Assembly: GCA_965248575.1 (NCBI GenBank)
Contig: CBDFJQ010000002.1
Coordinates: 224,001 to 288,000 of the forward strand
Direction of reading: 5' to 3'
DNA: 64,000 bases
Origin: Planctomycetota bacterium
GTDB taxonomy: Bacteria; Planctomycetota; B15-G4
Shown in pieces: positions 1 through 9,446 of the stretch. A program made the translations under genes and the position numbers. Within the stretch, counting starts at the first letter, position 1. Each line of letters starts with the position of its first letter. The notes below the pieces were generated by a model. That model did no database searches. It was given only the letters and a program-made list of their open reading frames with translations, and was not told the origin of the DNA.

Positions 1-156
1 GAGCGCGCAGGGGTCGAGAGCTTCGACGGGACGGACCGCACGATCGACACGCACATCAAGCGTCTGCGGGCCAAGATCGAAAGCGATCGCAACCGGCCGG
101 TGTACGTGCTGACCGTGTGGGGCTTCGGCTACAAGTTCACCGACAAGTTCTGCTGA
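1..156 (+). CDS. OmpR/PhoB-family response regulator, C-terminal winged-helix part (5' truncated by window)
   Basis: Frame 1 reads ...DRTIDTHIKRLRAKIESDRNRPVYVLTVWGFGYKF..stop at 154-156, the typical OmpR trans-reg-C tail. It precedes a sensor kinase and is not in the ORF track. Confidence 0.9.
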   Translation, partial: ERAGVESFDGTDRTIDTHIKRLRAKIESDRNRPVYVLTVWGFGYKFTDKFC

Positions 157-223
157 TGGGCAGGGCCGCACGTCGCCGACCGGGAAGTCGGCAGGTCCGA
201 CCGCGCTGTGTCAGGAGTGTTCC

Positions 224-1309
224 TTGAACGGGAAGAGCCTCGGCTTGCGACTCGTCGTGGTGCTGGTCGCGGGCTTCATTCTGTACGAGGCCCTGGCTTG
301 GGCGCTTGGGATGTCCACGTCGGGCACGGCCCCCGCTGATCCACGCGCGAACCCCGAGTGGGTTCGACCGGTGGCGGGGGCGCTTGCGGCGCTTTTGACG
401 TCCTGGGCCATCGATTGGTGTGTTATGCGCCGACTGCGCCGACTGAACCAGGAGCTGCGCGAAGTGGCGGGCGGGGATCTCACCCGTCGCCTCAGCAGCC
501 GCGCCCACGATGAGGTGGGGGAGCTGACCCACAGCATCAACGCCATGGTCACGACCCTGCGGGACAATTACGAAGAGCTACGAACCAACGACGAGCTGCG
601 TCGCCGACTCGTCGCCAATGTCTCGCACGAGTTGCGAACGCCTCTGACTTCCATCCAGGGATATCTGGAGACGGCACGTCGAGCGGGCCCCGACAGCCCC
701 GATCTGTCCGCCAACCTGGATATCTGCCATCGCGAATCCAAGCGCCTGGCAAACCTGGTCAAGGACTTGTTCCAGCTGAGCAAGCTCGACACCCATCAGC
801 TCGAGTTTCATTTCGAGACCATCTCACTCGTGGAGTTGGCCGACCAGGTGGGCCTGGCCTTCGAACAGCGCATGGAGGACAAGGAGATCGACTTCTCCAC
901 CGTGCTGCCTGACGACTCCTTGGACGTGGTGGGCGATGGCAATCGTCTCGGTCAGGTGATCACCAACCTGCTCGGGAACGCCGCAGTGTTCACAGGACCG
1001 GGGAGCAAGGTGACCCTGGAATGCCTGCGGAAGGACTCGAGCGTCATTTGCCGGGTGACAGACACGGGCATTGGCATTGCCAGCCGGGATCTGCCTCACA
1101 TCTTCGAGAGCTTCTTCCACCTGGAGAAGTCCCGCACGCGCAACCTGGGCGGTACCGGCCTGGGCCTGGCGATCTGCAAGGCGATCGTCGATGCCCACGG
1201 TGGCAAGCTGCTCGTCGAGAGCCAGGAAGGCGAGGGCACGACTTTCTGGTTCGAGTTGGATGCCGCCCACGACCCCGAACTCAGTGGGCCTCGTGGGTCA
1301 GGTACGTAG
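224..1309 (+). CDS. HAMP-domain sensor histidine kinase
   Basis: Two hydrophobic segments, HAMP (DEVGELTHSINAM), H-box SHELRTPLT, N-box NLLGNA, DTGIG and GGTGLGLAI. Confidence 0.95.
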   Translation: MNGKSLGLRLVVVLVAGFILYEALAWALGMSTSGTAPADPRANPEWVRPVAGALAALLTSWAIDWCVMRRLRRLNQELREVAGGDLTRRLSSRAHDEVGELTHSINAMVTTLRDNYEELRTNDELRRRLVANVSHELRTPLTSIQGYLETARRAGPDSPDLSANLDICHRESKRLANLVKDLFQLSKLDTHQLEFHFETISLVELADQVGLAFEQRMEDKEIDFSTVLPDDSLDVVGDGNRLGQVITNLLGNAAVFTGPGSKVTLECLRKDSSVICRVTDTGIGIASRDLPHIFESFFHLEKSRTRNLGGTGLGLAICKAIVDAHGGKLLVESQEGEGTTFWFELDAAHDPELSGPRGSGT

Positions 1310-2048
1310 TCAGCGCGAAGATCCCCAGGCCTGCAAGCAGGCCGAGTACACGCCGCCCCCGCTGTTCGTGGCCGTGGAACACCTCCGGTAGGAGGTTGTA
1401 GGCCGCCACGTAGAGAAAGGTCCCTGCTGCCAGGCCTTCGAACAGCGACGTCCAGGAGCCGGTGGATTCGACGGCCCCCTGCATGCGGCTGCCCACGAGG
1501 AGTCCAGCCGGCGTGGCGAGGCAGAACACACCCATGCAGGTCCAGGCGCGCTTGAGGGGCAGCTCCGCCAGGCGCATGACCGTCGCCAGGGAGAAGCTCT
1601 CCGCCGTCTTGTGGACGGAGATGGCCACGAGCAGCGGGCTCAGGACTTCGGGCCGCGTGATCATGGCCGACAGGCTGAGGCCGACCACGAAGGCGTGGGT
1701 CGTCAGACCTGCGAAGGTGCCGAGCCAGACGACGAGGTGGCCGCCCTTGCCGGCCGCACGTTCCCGGAGCCAGATGTGCTCCAGGAAGAAAAGCAGCAGG
1801 AGGCCTGCCAGGGCCGCTGCCCAGGGCAGCCGGTTGCCGCTGGCCTCGTGGCCCTGCTCAGGCAGCTTCTGCGAGAGTTCGGGCAGCAGCTCCAGGAAGA
1901 GCGCGCCCAGGAAGACACCGGCGGCGACGGACAGCAGGACGTGCAGGCTCTTGTCGGACCATGTCCGCAGAAGAGGCAGCAGGCCACCCAGCGCAGCGAA
2001 CGCCAGGAGCCACAAGCAGGCTTGGATCAGGGGGGAGTCCATGTGCAT
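1281..2048 (-). CDS. ZIP family divalent metal transporter
   Basis: Multi-TM protein with AAGVFLG..LLPE, THAFVVG, VHKTAES and AAGTFLYVA..LLPE motifs. Confidence 0.85.
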   Translation of the reverse strand: MHMDSPLIQACLWLLAFAALGGLLPLLRTWSDKSLHVLLSVAAGVFLGALFLELLPELSQKLPEQGHEASGNRLPWAAALAGLLLLFFLEHIWLRERAAGKGGHLVVWLGTFAGLTTHAFVVGLSLSAMITRPEVLSPLLVAISVHKTAESFSLATVMRLAELPLKRAWTCMGVFCLATPAGLLVGSRMQGAVESTGSWTSLFEGLAAGTFLYVAAYNLLPEVFHGHEQRGRRVLGLLAGLGIFALTTYLTHEAH

Positions 2049-2103
2049 CCGTTCCGATCCGTGCAGAGCATAGAGATCGGAAGCGGGTGCGGGAATCCCA
2101 GCG

Positions 2104-2505
2104 CTACGAGCCGCCCGCCTTCACGGCGAGCAGGGCGGTCTTGGCACGCTCGAACTCAGCCTGGGCTGCAGCCACAACGGGTTGTGCGCCCTGGATGTCT
2201 CCAGCGCGGCCCATGGCTTCCAGTTGGCGGCAGTATTCCGAGAGCTGCAAGGCTCCCAGCTGAGCGCAGCTGGACTTCAAGGCGTGGCCGTTCTGCATGG
2301 TGCCTTCAGCGTCTCCGTTGCCGACAGCCTGGGCCAGGTCGATGAGTCGGCTGGGCGTGTCTTCCAGAAAGATGTCGATGAGTTCACCCAGGATGTCCGG
2401 GCCGTCATCGTCTGAGAGCATCCGCAGCTCGTCGAGCTGAGATTCGTCAATGGGGGGCGCGGCCGAAGGTTGGGCTGTGCCATGGGGATCTTGGAACTGG
2501 GTCAT
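2104..2505 (-). CDS. Hpt (histidine phosphotransfer) protein
   Basis: GHALKSSCAQLGA Hpt motif; the start codon overlaps the upstream kinase stop (ATGA at 2502-2505). Confidence 0.9.
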   Translation of the reverse strand: MTQFQDPHGTAQPSAAPPIDESQLDELRMLSDDDGPDILGELIDIFLEDTPSRLIDLAQAVGNGDAEGTMQNGHALKSSCAQLGALQLSEYCRQLEAMGRAGDIQGAQPVVAAAQAEFERAKTALLAVKAGGS

Positions 2506-4781
2506 GATGCCTCCAAGGGTGCCTCGGCTGACTCAGCGGGGATCCACCGCTGAAGCATGCGCGAGAGATCGTCGCGAGAGACGGGTTTACTGAGGTAGTC
2601 GTCCATGCCTGCTGCGAGCACGCGCTCGCGGTCGCCGTCCAGGGCGTGGGCGGTCATGGCGATGATCGGAATCGGTTCGCCGGAATTGGGGCGAGCGCGG
2701 ATGGCGGCCGTGGCTTCGAAGCCATCCATCACAGGCATTTCGCAGTCCATGAGGATGGCGCGGTAGTGAGCACGTTGAACCGCGTTGAGTGCTTCGCGCC
2801 CATTGGCTGACACATCCACCTGGTAGCCGAGCTTCTCAAGGGTTCGGGCCGCGACCTTCTGGTTGATGAGGTCATCCTCCACGACCAACACGCGCTGGCC
2901 GCGACCGCCGCTGGGTCGTGCCAGGATGTCGTTCGTCGGGGCTGCGATGGGAGGCGCGGTCTCCGGCTCCGTCTCGGTAGTCGCCGCGGTGACGGATGCG
3001 CAGCGCGCGGTGAACCAGAACGTGCTGCCCCGGCCGACCTGGCTGTTGACGCCGATGTCTCCATCCATGGCACGCACGAGCAGGCTGCAGAGCGCCAAAC
3101 CGAGCCCCTGGCCGTCCGCATTGCGCGCGGAATCGGTGCTGTGGCTGAAGGGTGTGAAGAGGTGCTTGCGGGCCTCCGGCCCCACGCCCACGCCGGTGTC
3201 ATGCACCTCGAAGCGGACGGCCATGTTGCCCGTGGGCTGGAGCTCCGGTCGCGCGCGCAGGATGACATCGCCCCAGTCGGTGAACGCGACGGCATTGCGC
3301 ACGAGATGGGTGAGCACCTGTCGAATGCGCTCCACGTCGGCTCGGACCACGTCCGCTAGATCGGGATGCACTTCGATGTCGAGCAGGAGGCCCTTGTCGC
3401 TGGCGTCCTTGCGAACCAGGTCGGTGACCTCACGCAGGAGGTTACGCACCCGGAAGTCCTGTTCATCCAGCTCGACCTGGTTGCGCTCCAGTCGCGAGAA
3501 GTGGATGACGTCGTCGAGCAGGGTGCGCAGCGAGTTCCCTGACCGGGACACGGCTTCCACGCACTCAGACTGTTCGGTCGAGAGCTCGGTCTCGGTGAGC
3601 AGTCCGGTCATGCCGATGATGCCGTTCAGAGGAGTCCGTAGGGCGTGGCTCAGGCGGCTGACGAACTCCGACCGGGCGGCGCTCGCGCTTTGGGCCTCGT
3701 CTCGAGCAGCGCGCAGCTCCTCGGCGTACAGGCCCAGCTGCTGGGTGCGCTCCTGCACCCGTGCTTCCAGCGTGTTGTTGAGCTCACCGAGTCGCGACTG
3801 GGAATGCGTGAGGCCGTGCAAGGCATTGCGCATCGAGGAATCGAGCAGCCCGAGTTCGTCGCTCGAGTTGGTAGCGCGGGGTGGAATGCTGCGACCGCTG
3901 TCGAAGGCCTCGACAGCCGTGAGGATGTTGTGGAGGGGGCGCACCACGGTGACGCGCAGGCTCAGCCAGGTCAGCAGGACCAGCACCACGAGCGAGCCCA
4001 GACCGATCTGGGAGATGCGGAGTTCGACCCCTTTCATGCCAGCAAGCAGCGACTCGGAGGCGTCGTGCAGGCTGACGACCCCACCCAGGAGGGTGACCGG
4101 CTCGGAGACGCTGACCTGCTCGTCGGTGTGCAGGCAGCGGGCACCGGGGTCGACGATGTGCTGGCCGTCGTCCGATGCCAGTACCAGGCACGCGCCGGGA
4201 TGCACGCGTGTCGTGAACGCCAAGGCATCGACGACCACGCGTTCCAGGTCCATCAAGCCCACAGCACGGATTGAGCCACGCCCGACGAAGAAGGTGCCGC
4301 GCGGGATCGACGCCCACCGACCACCCTCCCAGCGGATGACGCCGTCCAGCTCGTTCAGGAAGGCCTCGTCCTGAAGGGTCGAACTCTCGTTCCATGGGAT
4401 GTCACCCGACTCACCCACGGTGGAGAAGACGGTGCCGTCTGCATCCACCAGGGCAACGACACGGAGCTCGTCGATGCGGTCCACCAGTTCGCGGCTCAGG
4501 CGCTCGACGTTCAGCAGGGCTTCCGCCCGGGCGGTCTCGTTCTCGACGATGGCCCACTGCCCCAGCCCATGGGAGTTGAGCAGGCTGTCGAGGCCCTCCT
4601 GCAGCATGTCGACATGCTCGTCGACGATCTCGGATGCGTAGGATGCCGAGCGCGTCATGTCCGTTCGCGCCGTGTTCAATACCCGCCCGGTCCACTCCAG
4701 GTGCACCAGGGCCAGCAGCCCGAGGATGAGCGCCAGCACGGGAATGGTGACGCGCAGCAGGAGTTTCGTGGAGAGACTCAT
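2502..4781 (-). CDS. Membrane hybrid histidine kinase (sensor-HAMP-HisKA-HATPase-REC) with atypical H- and N-boxes
   Basis: Start reassigned to ATG 4781 (MSLSTKLL, GGAGGA upstream). Two TMs, SHALRTPLNG, HDTGVG, GLGLAL, and an intact receiver (VEDD, MDCEMP, SKP). Confidence 0.9.
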   Translation of the reverse strand: MSLSTKLLLRVTIPVLALILGLLALVHLEWTGRVLNTARTDMTRSASYASEIVDEHVDMLQEGLDSLLNSHGLGQWAIVENETARAEALLNVERLSRELVDRIDELRVVALVDADGTVFSTVGESGDIPWNESSTLQDEAFLNELDGVIRWEGGRWASIPRGTFFVGRGSIRAVGLMDLERVVVDALAFTTRVHPGACLVLASDDGQHIVDPGARCLHTDEQVSVSEPVTLLGGVVSLHDASESLLAGMKGVELRISQIGLGSLVVLVLLTWLSLRVTVVRPLHNILTAVEAFDSGRSIPPRATNSSDELGLLDSSMRNALHGLTHSQSRLGELNNTLEARVQERTQQLGLYAEELRAARDEAQSASAARSEFVSRLSHALRTPLNGIIGMTGLLTETELSTEQSECVEAVSRSGNSLRTLLDDVIHFSRLERNQVELDEQDFRVRNLLREVTDLVRKDASDKGLLLDIEVHPDLADVVRADVERIRQVLTHLVRNAVAFTDWGDVILRARPELQPTGNMAVRFEVHDTGVGVGPEARKHLFTPFSHSTDSARNADGQGLGLALCSLLVRAMDGDIGVNSQVGRGSTFWFTARCASVTAATTETEPETAPPIAAPTNDILARPSGGRGQRVLVVEDDLINQKVAARTLEKLGYQVDVSANGREALNAVQRAHYRAILMDCEMPVMDGFEATAAIRARPNSGEPIPIIAMTAHALDGDRERVLAAGMDDYLSKPVSRDDLSRMLQRWIPAESAEAPLEAS

Positions 4782-4891
4782 GGCCTGCGGTCCTCCCGGA
4801 ACGGGTGGTCCGGCTGATTGGCTGGCGGAGCGGACGAGCCCCAGCAAGGGCGGGCAGAGCAGAACGTGCTGTCTCCCCGTGTGTTCACGAT

Positions 4892-6313
4892 TCAGAACCG
4901 GATGGGCAGGCGCCAGGCGCGCGGGGTGAAGAGCGAGAGGATTCCCTTGCCGAGCCACTTCAGGTCGCTCCAGCCCGTGCGGGTCTCGGCGTAGAGGGCT
5001 TCCAGCAGCAACTTGTCTTCTTCGGGGGCGTCTTCGGGCGTTCCGAGCGGCGCCGGTCCGAGCAGGCCCACGGGCGCACCTTCGCGCACGCGCTCCCAAT
5101 CCTCCGTGTGGCGATCGTTGGTCTCTGGCGTCAACGGTTGGACGCCGATCAGGGCAAGGTCGCCGCTGATGACTGCAAGGATGCGGGGCATGTTTCGCAA
5201 CACGGGGACGTGCGTGGCCGCCTCGATGGTCTCGAACTCGCCGGGTACCGAGCGGCCGTCTTCGTTGAGGGTGCGTCGGTTGCCACGCAGGCGCAGGCGC
5301 TTCAAGGGCTGCTTGTGATTCACCCGCCAGGAGTCCAGCAACATCACAGGCCAGAGAGGCAGGGACAGCGCCAGCAGCGCAACGCCCAACACGCGATCGA
5401 CGGCGCGTTTCAGGACCGCGCCCGGCATCCGCACGCTGAGGTCGGCGAGCAAGGCGGGGTCCGAAACGTGCACCACCACTCCGGTGTCGATGCGGATCAG
5501 ATCTTGCTTCCAGGCGATGGCATTCTCGAGTTCGACCATGGGGCCCACGTACGTGTGAGGCAGAATGACGGTGTTGCGCAGGGTGGTCTTGTTGTCCACG
5601 ACGACGTTGTCGGAGAGGACCACGCCGCCGTCAAACGTCACGCCACTCTTGACGCTGACGCCCTGGCCAGCGAAGACCGGGCCGTCATGTCTCAAGTTGG
5701 AAGGTAGGTTGGCCTGGCGCCGGACGATCACTCCTCCCGGCAGTTGTCGACCCGGGATCATCAGGCCGGGGAAACAGCCCTGGATGGCGTCGATGTTGGC
5801 CTTGTGGAAAGCCGCCAGGGTGCTGACTGGAACGGCATGCGCGCCGTCGATCTCGATGTCCTGCACGTTCCATTCCGAACCTCGGATGACGCGCCAGAGG
5901 CCCGCAGAGCAGCCAGCCACCACGGCCCGCAGCGTGACGCCGTCGTAGCCGGTTGCCGCGCTGAGGAAGCGACCCACGAAGGAGGAGCGTAGGACGTCCG
6001 CATGCATGGCCACGTACTCGTCGCCCAGGTAGGAGCTGACACGGGCGGCGATGGCGTCGTAGCCCTCGTTGCCACGGGTAGGCAGGTACCGGATGGCGGC
6101 ACCGAAGCGCGAACCGTCGCCCAGTTCCCGCTCGACCTGGGGGGCGCGGTCGGAGGTAGCGACCACCATGTCCCGTACACCGGCGGCCACCAGGCTCTCC
6201 ACGGCGTGGACCACGAGCGACTTGCCCACGACGGGCAACATCGCCGTGCAGGTGTGATCTGTCAGCGGTGCCAGCTTGCCGAGGTCGCGGTCAGCGAGGA
6301 GCAGGGCTTTCAC
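4892..6313 (-). CDS. Fusion of nucleotidyltransferase-like, left-handed beta-helix and sugar-transferase (PGT)-like domains; catalytic motifs degenerate
   Basis: N-terminus MKALLLA..LAPLT..MLPVVGK resembles mannose-1-P guanylyltransferases; the middle has hexapeptide-like repeats (..LRNTVILPHTYVG..LENAI); the C-terminus KRAVD..TM..GDLALIGVQP resembles Bac_transf. Confidence 0.75.
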   Translation of the reverse strand: MKALLLADRDLGKLAPLTDHTCTAMLPVVGKSLVVHAVESLVAAGVRDMVVATSDRAPQVERELGDGSRFGAAIRYLPTRGNEGYDAIAARVSSYLGDEYVAMHADVLRSSFVGRFLSAATGYDGVTLRAVVAGCSAGLWRVIRGSEWNVQDIEIDGAHAVPVSTLAAFHKANIDAIQGCFPGLMIPGRQLPGGVIVRRQANLPSNLRHDGPVFAGQGVSVKSGVTFDGGVVLSDNVVVDNKTTLRNTVILPHTYVGPMVELENAIAWKQDLIRIDTGVVVHVSDPALLADLSVRMPGAVLKRAVDRVLGVALLALSLPLWPVMLLDSWRVNHKQPLKRLRLRGNRRTLNEDGRSVPGEFETIEAATHVPVLRNMPRILAVISGDLALIGVQPLTPETNDRHTEDWERVREGAPVGLLGPAPLGTPEDAPEEDKLLLEALYAETRTGWSDLKWLGKGILSLFTPRAWRLPIRF

Positions 6314-6348
6314 GTGTATGTCTCCAAGGTTCAGTGCTACGACCGCAG

Positions 6349-7107
6349 TCAGTAGGCGCCGCGGCTGAGAAGCACTGCTGGAATCGTCTTCAGCAACAGC
6401 TTCAGGTCGCCGCCAAAGCTCTGGCTCTCGATGTAGAGGCTGTCCAGCTCGACCTGCTGTTCAAAGGGGATGTCAGAGCGGCCCGTGACCTGCCAGATGC
6501 AGGTAATGCCCGGCGTGACTTCCAACCGCTTGTAGTCGTTCAAGCTGTAGTCGGCGACTTCGCTGGGGACGGGCGGCCGTGGGCCGACGAGCGACATGTT
6601 GCCCCGGAAGACGTTCCAGAGTTGAGGCAGCTCGTCGATGGATGCCTTGCGGATGAAGCGGCCGATGCGTGTGACGCGGGGGTCGTGCTTCATCTTGAAG
6701 AGCACGCCGCCGTCCATCTCGTTCTCGGCAGCCAGGTCCTTCTTGCGTTCCTCGGCGTCGAGGTACATCGAGCGGAACTTGTACATGACGAACGGCTTGC
6801 CGTGTGCGCCGACTCGAACCTGCTTGAACAGCACCGGTCCCTTGGACTCCAAGCGGATGGCGATGGCCAACGCCATGAAGAAAGGAGCGAGGGCCAGGAG
6901 CGCCGTGCCTCCGATGACGACGTCGAGCAGCCGCTTGAGCACCTTCGTGCCGAAGATCACGACGGTGAAGATCGTGTGAGTCACCCGGAAGCGGATGCGC
7001 CCCAGACGCATGCGGTTCGCGACGCCTGCGTAACGGTTCACAAGCTCTCTTTGATTGGGTTCGATGGACGGACCCGTGGATCGGCTTTTCTCGCGCGGCG
7101 AACTCAC
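6349..7107 (-). CDS. Priming polyprenyl-phosphate glycosylphosphotransferase (Bac_transf, PglC/WcaJ-like core)
   Basis: KRLLD, FKQVRVG, KFRSM, DPRVTRIG, IDELPQLWNV, GPRP and PGITCIWQVTGR. Confidence 0.95.
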   Translation of the reverse strand: MSSPREKSRSTGPSIEPNQRELVNRYAGVANRMRLGRIRFRVTHTIFTVVIFGTKVLKRLLDVVIGGTALLALAPFFMALAIAIRLESKGPVLFKQVRVGAHGKPFVMYKFRSMYLDAEERKKDLAAENEMDGGVLFKMKHDPRVTRIGRFIRKASIDELPQLWNVFRGNMSLVGPRPPVPSEVADYSLNDYKRLEVTPGITCIWQVTGRSDIPFEQQVELDSLYIESQSFGGDLKLLLKTIPAVLLSRGAY

Positions 7108-7216
7108 GTTGGCATTCGCTCAACTAGGGGGGCTGGGTGCTTTGTCATTCGCCTCATCGCCCGCCCGGGCCTTGCGACTAAAGTCTTCCCTACTGCAGCA
7201 CCCGCGGAACGGCTGA

Positions 7217-8392
7217 TCAGCTCGTCCCGCTGCCTGTTTCCCGCTCCGTTCGCACCCATGCAGCCTGGCCACGAGAGGCGAGGAAGATGGCTGGGAGGCG
7301 CCCGAGCTTCCAGGCGATGTAGAACGGGGCTGAGAGCAGCGCCAGGATGTCCCGGAGTCCCCCCTTGCCCACAACGAGGGCGCAGGCAACGTGCAGGGCG
7401 ACGGTTCCCAGGCCCACAGCCGCGAGCGCTCGTCCCCATGTGGAGGGAAGCGCCGCCAGGATGCCGAGCAGGAAGACGTGGGTTGCCAGGGGCAGCAGCA
7501 ACAGGTCGAGCAGGGGCTCAGCCAGCCGGAGCCGTCCGCGCAGGACTTCCAGCGCGAGGCTAGGAGCGCGCTCCCGCAGCATGCGCAAGCGCCCGCCTTC
7601 CCAGCGGGAGCGTTGGGTGGACACACCCTGCCCGCCGGTCGGCATCACGGCGCGAACGTCGGTTTCAGCGGCGAAGTGCACCCTGCGCCCCGCGCGCACC
7701 AAACGCAGGTGGTACTCCAGGTCTTCCACCACGGAGGTGGCGTCGTAGGGCACCTGGCGCAGGGTCTCGGCTGTCAGTGCGAAGCCGTTGCCATAGATGC
7801 CGGCGCTGACGCCCCATCGTGCGCGCCCTCGGGGCCGGAGCACGTTGAAGGCGAGTAGCGCGACGTTCATGAGCCGTGTGCGCAGGGAGTCTTCGCTGTT
7901 GAGGACGCCATAGCGGCACTGGACGGCGTCGGCGCCAGAGTCGAGCCAGGCACGCATCACTGGGAGGAAGTTCTTGGAGGCCTCGGTATCCGCATCCACC
8001 ACAGCGAGAGCATCGGCGCCCTCGTCGAGCAAGATGCTGAAGGCGTGGTCGAGGGCGTGTCCCTTGCCTCGCTCCTTATCATTGGTGCGTACGAGCACGC
8101 GTGCGCCTGCCTCGGCCGCTTTGCGGCGCGTGTCATCGGTGCAGTTGTCGGCCACGACGACGACGGGCACGTCGGGATCGCTCTCAAACAGGGATTGAAC
8201 GCAGGCCGCGATGCTTCCTTCTTCGTTGTGTGCAGGCACCACGACGGCCAGGTGCAGGGCCGCTGCGTCTGGCCTGGCGTTCCTGGGGACAGGCTTCCGG
8301 GGGGGGAGCAGGCCTGCCAGGGTCAGGAGGAGCAACTCAAGGGTGCCCGGCATGGTCAACGCCGCCAGAATCACGATCCACACGGTGATCAC
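7217..8392 (-). CDS. Membrane GT2 glycosyltransferase (synthase-like)
   Basis: PAHNEE, DNCTD, VDAD, VEDLE and QRSRW motifs; N- and C-terminal TM helices. Confidence 0.92.
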   Translation of the reverse strand: MITVWIVILAALTMPGTLELLLLTLAGLLPPRKPVPRNARPDAAALHLAVVVPAHNEEGSIAACVQSLFESDPDVPVVVVADNCTDDTRRKAAEAGARVLVRTNDKERGKGHALDHAFSILLDEGADALAVVDADTEASKNFLPVMRAWLDSGADAVQCRYGVLNSEDSLRTRLMNVALLAFNVLRPRGRARWGVSAGIYGNGFALTAETLRQVPYDATSVVEDLEYHLRLVRAGRRVHFAAETDVRAVMPTGGQGVSTQRSRWEGGRLRMLRERAPSLALEVLRGRLRLAEPLLDLLLLPLATHVFLLGILAALPSTWGRALAAVGLGTVALHVACALVVGKGGLRDILALLSAPFYIAWKLGRLPAIFLASRGQAAWVRTERETGSGTS

Positions 8393-8613
8393 GCTGTCTT
8401 CTCCGGTGGAGCGGCGATGGGGAGGGGGCGGCCCTCAAGGGCCGCAACCCTGCTCCATCGAGCTTGGAGGGGCTCGCGCTGGAGGCGGGTCGCCCTCTTT
8501 TTCATCGTGAATTTGCCGCGTAGCATGAAGCTCAGTCCCTGGGGAAGCCGATGGGGTCTTCGGTTGCTTCCCGCCGGGAGGTTGAGCCCACATGCGCGCA
8601 AGGTGCTTGCCCG

Positions 8614-8952
8614 ATGGAATTGGATACTCGAGATGTTGGTGTCGTTCGTGTGGTCCGGCTTTCCGGCCCGCTGGACGCTGTCGCCTCAGGAGACGTACGC
8701 AAGCAGCTCAGTGAGCTGGTTCGCGAGGGTTTCTCGCGTCTGGTCATCGACCTGGAAGACGTGAGTCGCATCGATTCGACCGGCTTGGGGGCCTTGGTCA
8801 CGACGCTGAAGGCTGCTCGGGATCGCGGGGGTGAGCTGGTGCTCGCGTCGCTGAGCCCTGCCGTGCGGACGGTCGTCGAGCTGACGCGCCTGCACCGGGT
8901 CTTCGATATCTATGACGACGCGGAAGCTGCTGCGTCGGAGCTCTCCCGATGA
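8614..8952 (+). CDS. STAS-domain anti-sigma factor antagonist (RsbV/SpoIIAA-like)
   Basis: LSGPLDA, IDL..V.RIDSTGLGALV (phosphorylatable Ser) and LTRLHRVF. Start taken at ATG 8614. Confidence 0.92.
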   Translation: MELDTRDVGVVRVVRLSGPLDAVASGDVRKQLSELVREGFSRLVIDLEDVSRIDSTGLGALVTTLKAARDRGGELVLASLSPAVRTVVELTRLHRVFDIYDDAEAAASELSR

Positions 8953-9398
8953 CGTCCGGCGCCGCCACCCTGAAACACCGGCTGGAGGGTCTGGCGACTC
9001 TCGAGAAGGCACGTGAATTCGCGACGGAGACGTCGCGGATCCTGGGTGAGTGGGGCCTGCCGGATGATCGGCTGACGTCTTGGGAGATGGCTGTGGCCGA
9101 GATGGCCACCAACGTCGCTCGTCATGGCTATCCCGATCTGCCGGGGCCCATGGCCCTGCGCATCATCTGGGGCACGGACGGTCTGGAAATCTCGGTCATC
9201 GACCAGGGAGTCGCCTATGACCCCAATGAGGTCCCACCGCCGCCGGACCCCGATCCGGAAGATCCTTCGACCTGGCCCGAGGGTGGCATGGGCATCATGT
9301 TGGTCCGTTCGGCGGGTGACAAGCTCACCTACAGCCGCGAGGATCACACCAACACGCTGACCCTGTTTACGCGGATTCCTCGGAACCCCGTTCTCTAG
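8949..9398 (+). CDS. RsbW/SpoIIAB-like anti-sigma factor Ser/Thr kinase
   Basis: EMATNVARHG, IDQG and EGGMGI motifs; ATGA overlap with the STAS gene. Confidence 0.92.
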   Translation: MTSGAATLKHRLEGLATLEKAREFATETSRILGEWGLPDDRLTSWEMAVAEMATNVARHGYPDLPGPMALRIIWGTDGLEISVIDQGVAYDPNEVPPPPDPDPEDPSTWPEGGMGIMLVRSAGDKLTYSREDHTNTLTLFTRIPRNPVL

Positions 9399-9446
9399 TG
9401 CAGATTTCTACAGGCTTGGTGGCCGGACGGCCGAAGGGATGTTTGC

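Noticed and set aside
1281..1309. 29-bp convergent overlap of the sensor kinase and ZIP transporter 3' ends
   Set aside because: Short tail-to-tail overlaps are common in GC-rich genomes, and no regulatory evidence is visible.
4782..5099. N-terminal extension of the hybrid kinase given by the ORF track
   Set aside because: It overlaps the upstream gene and is low-complexity Arg-rich; ATG 4781 has a GGAGGA RBS and begins with a TM helix.
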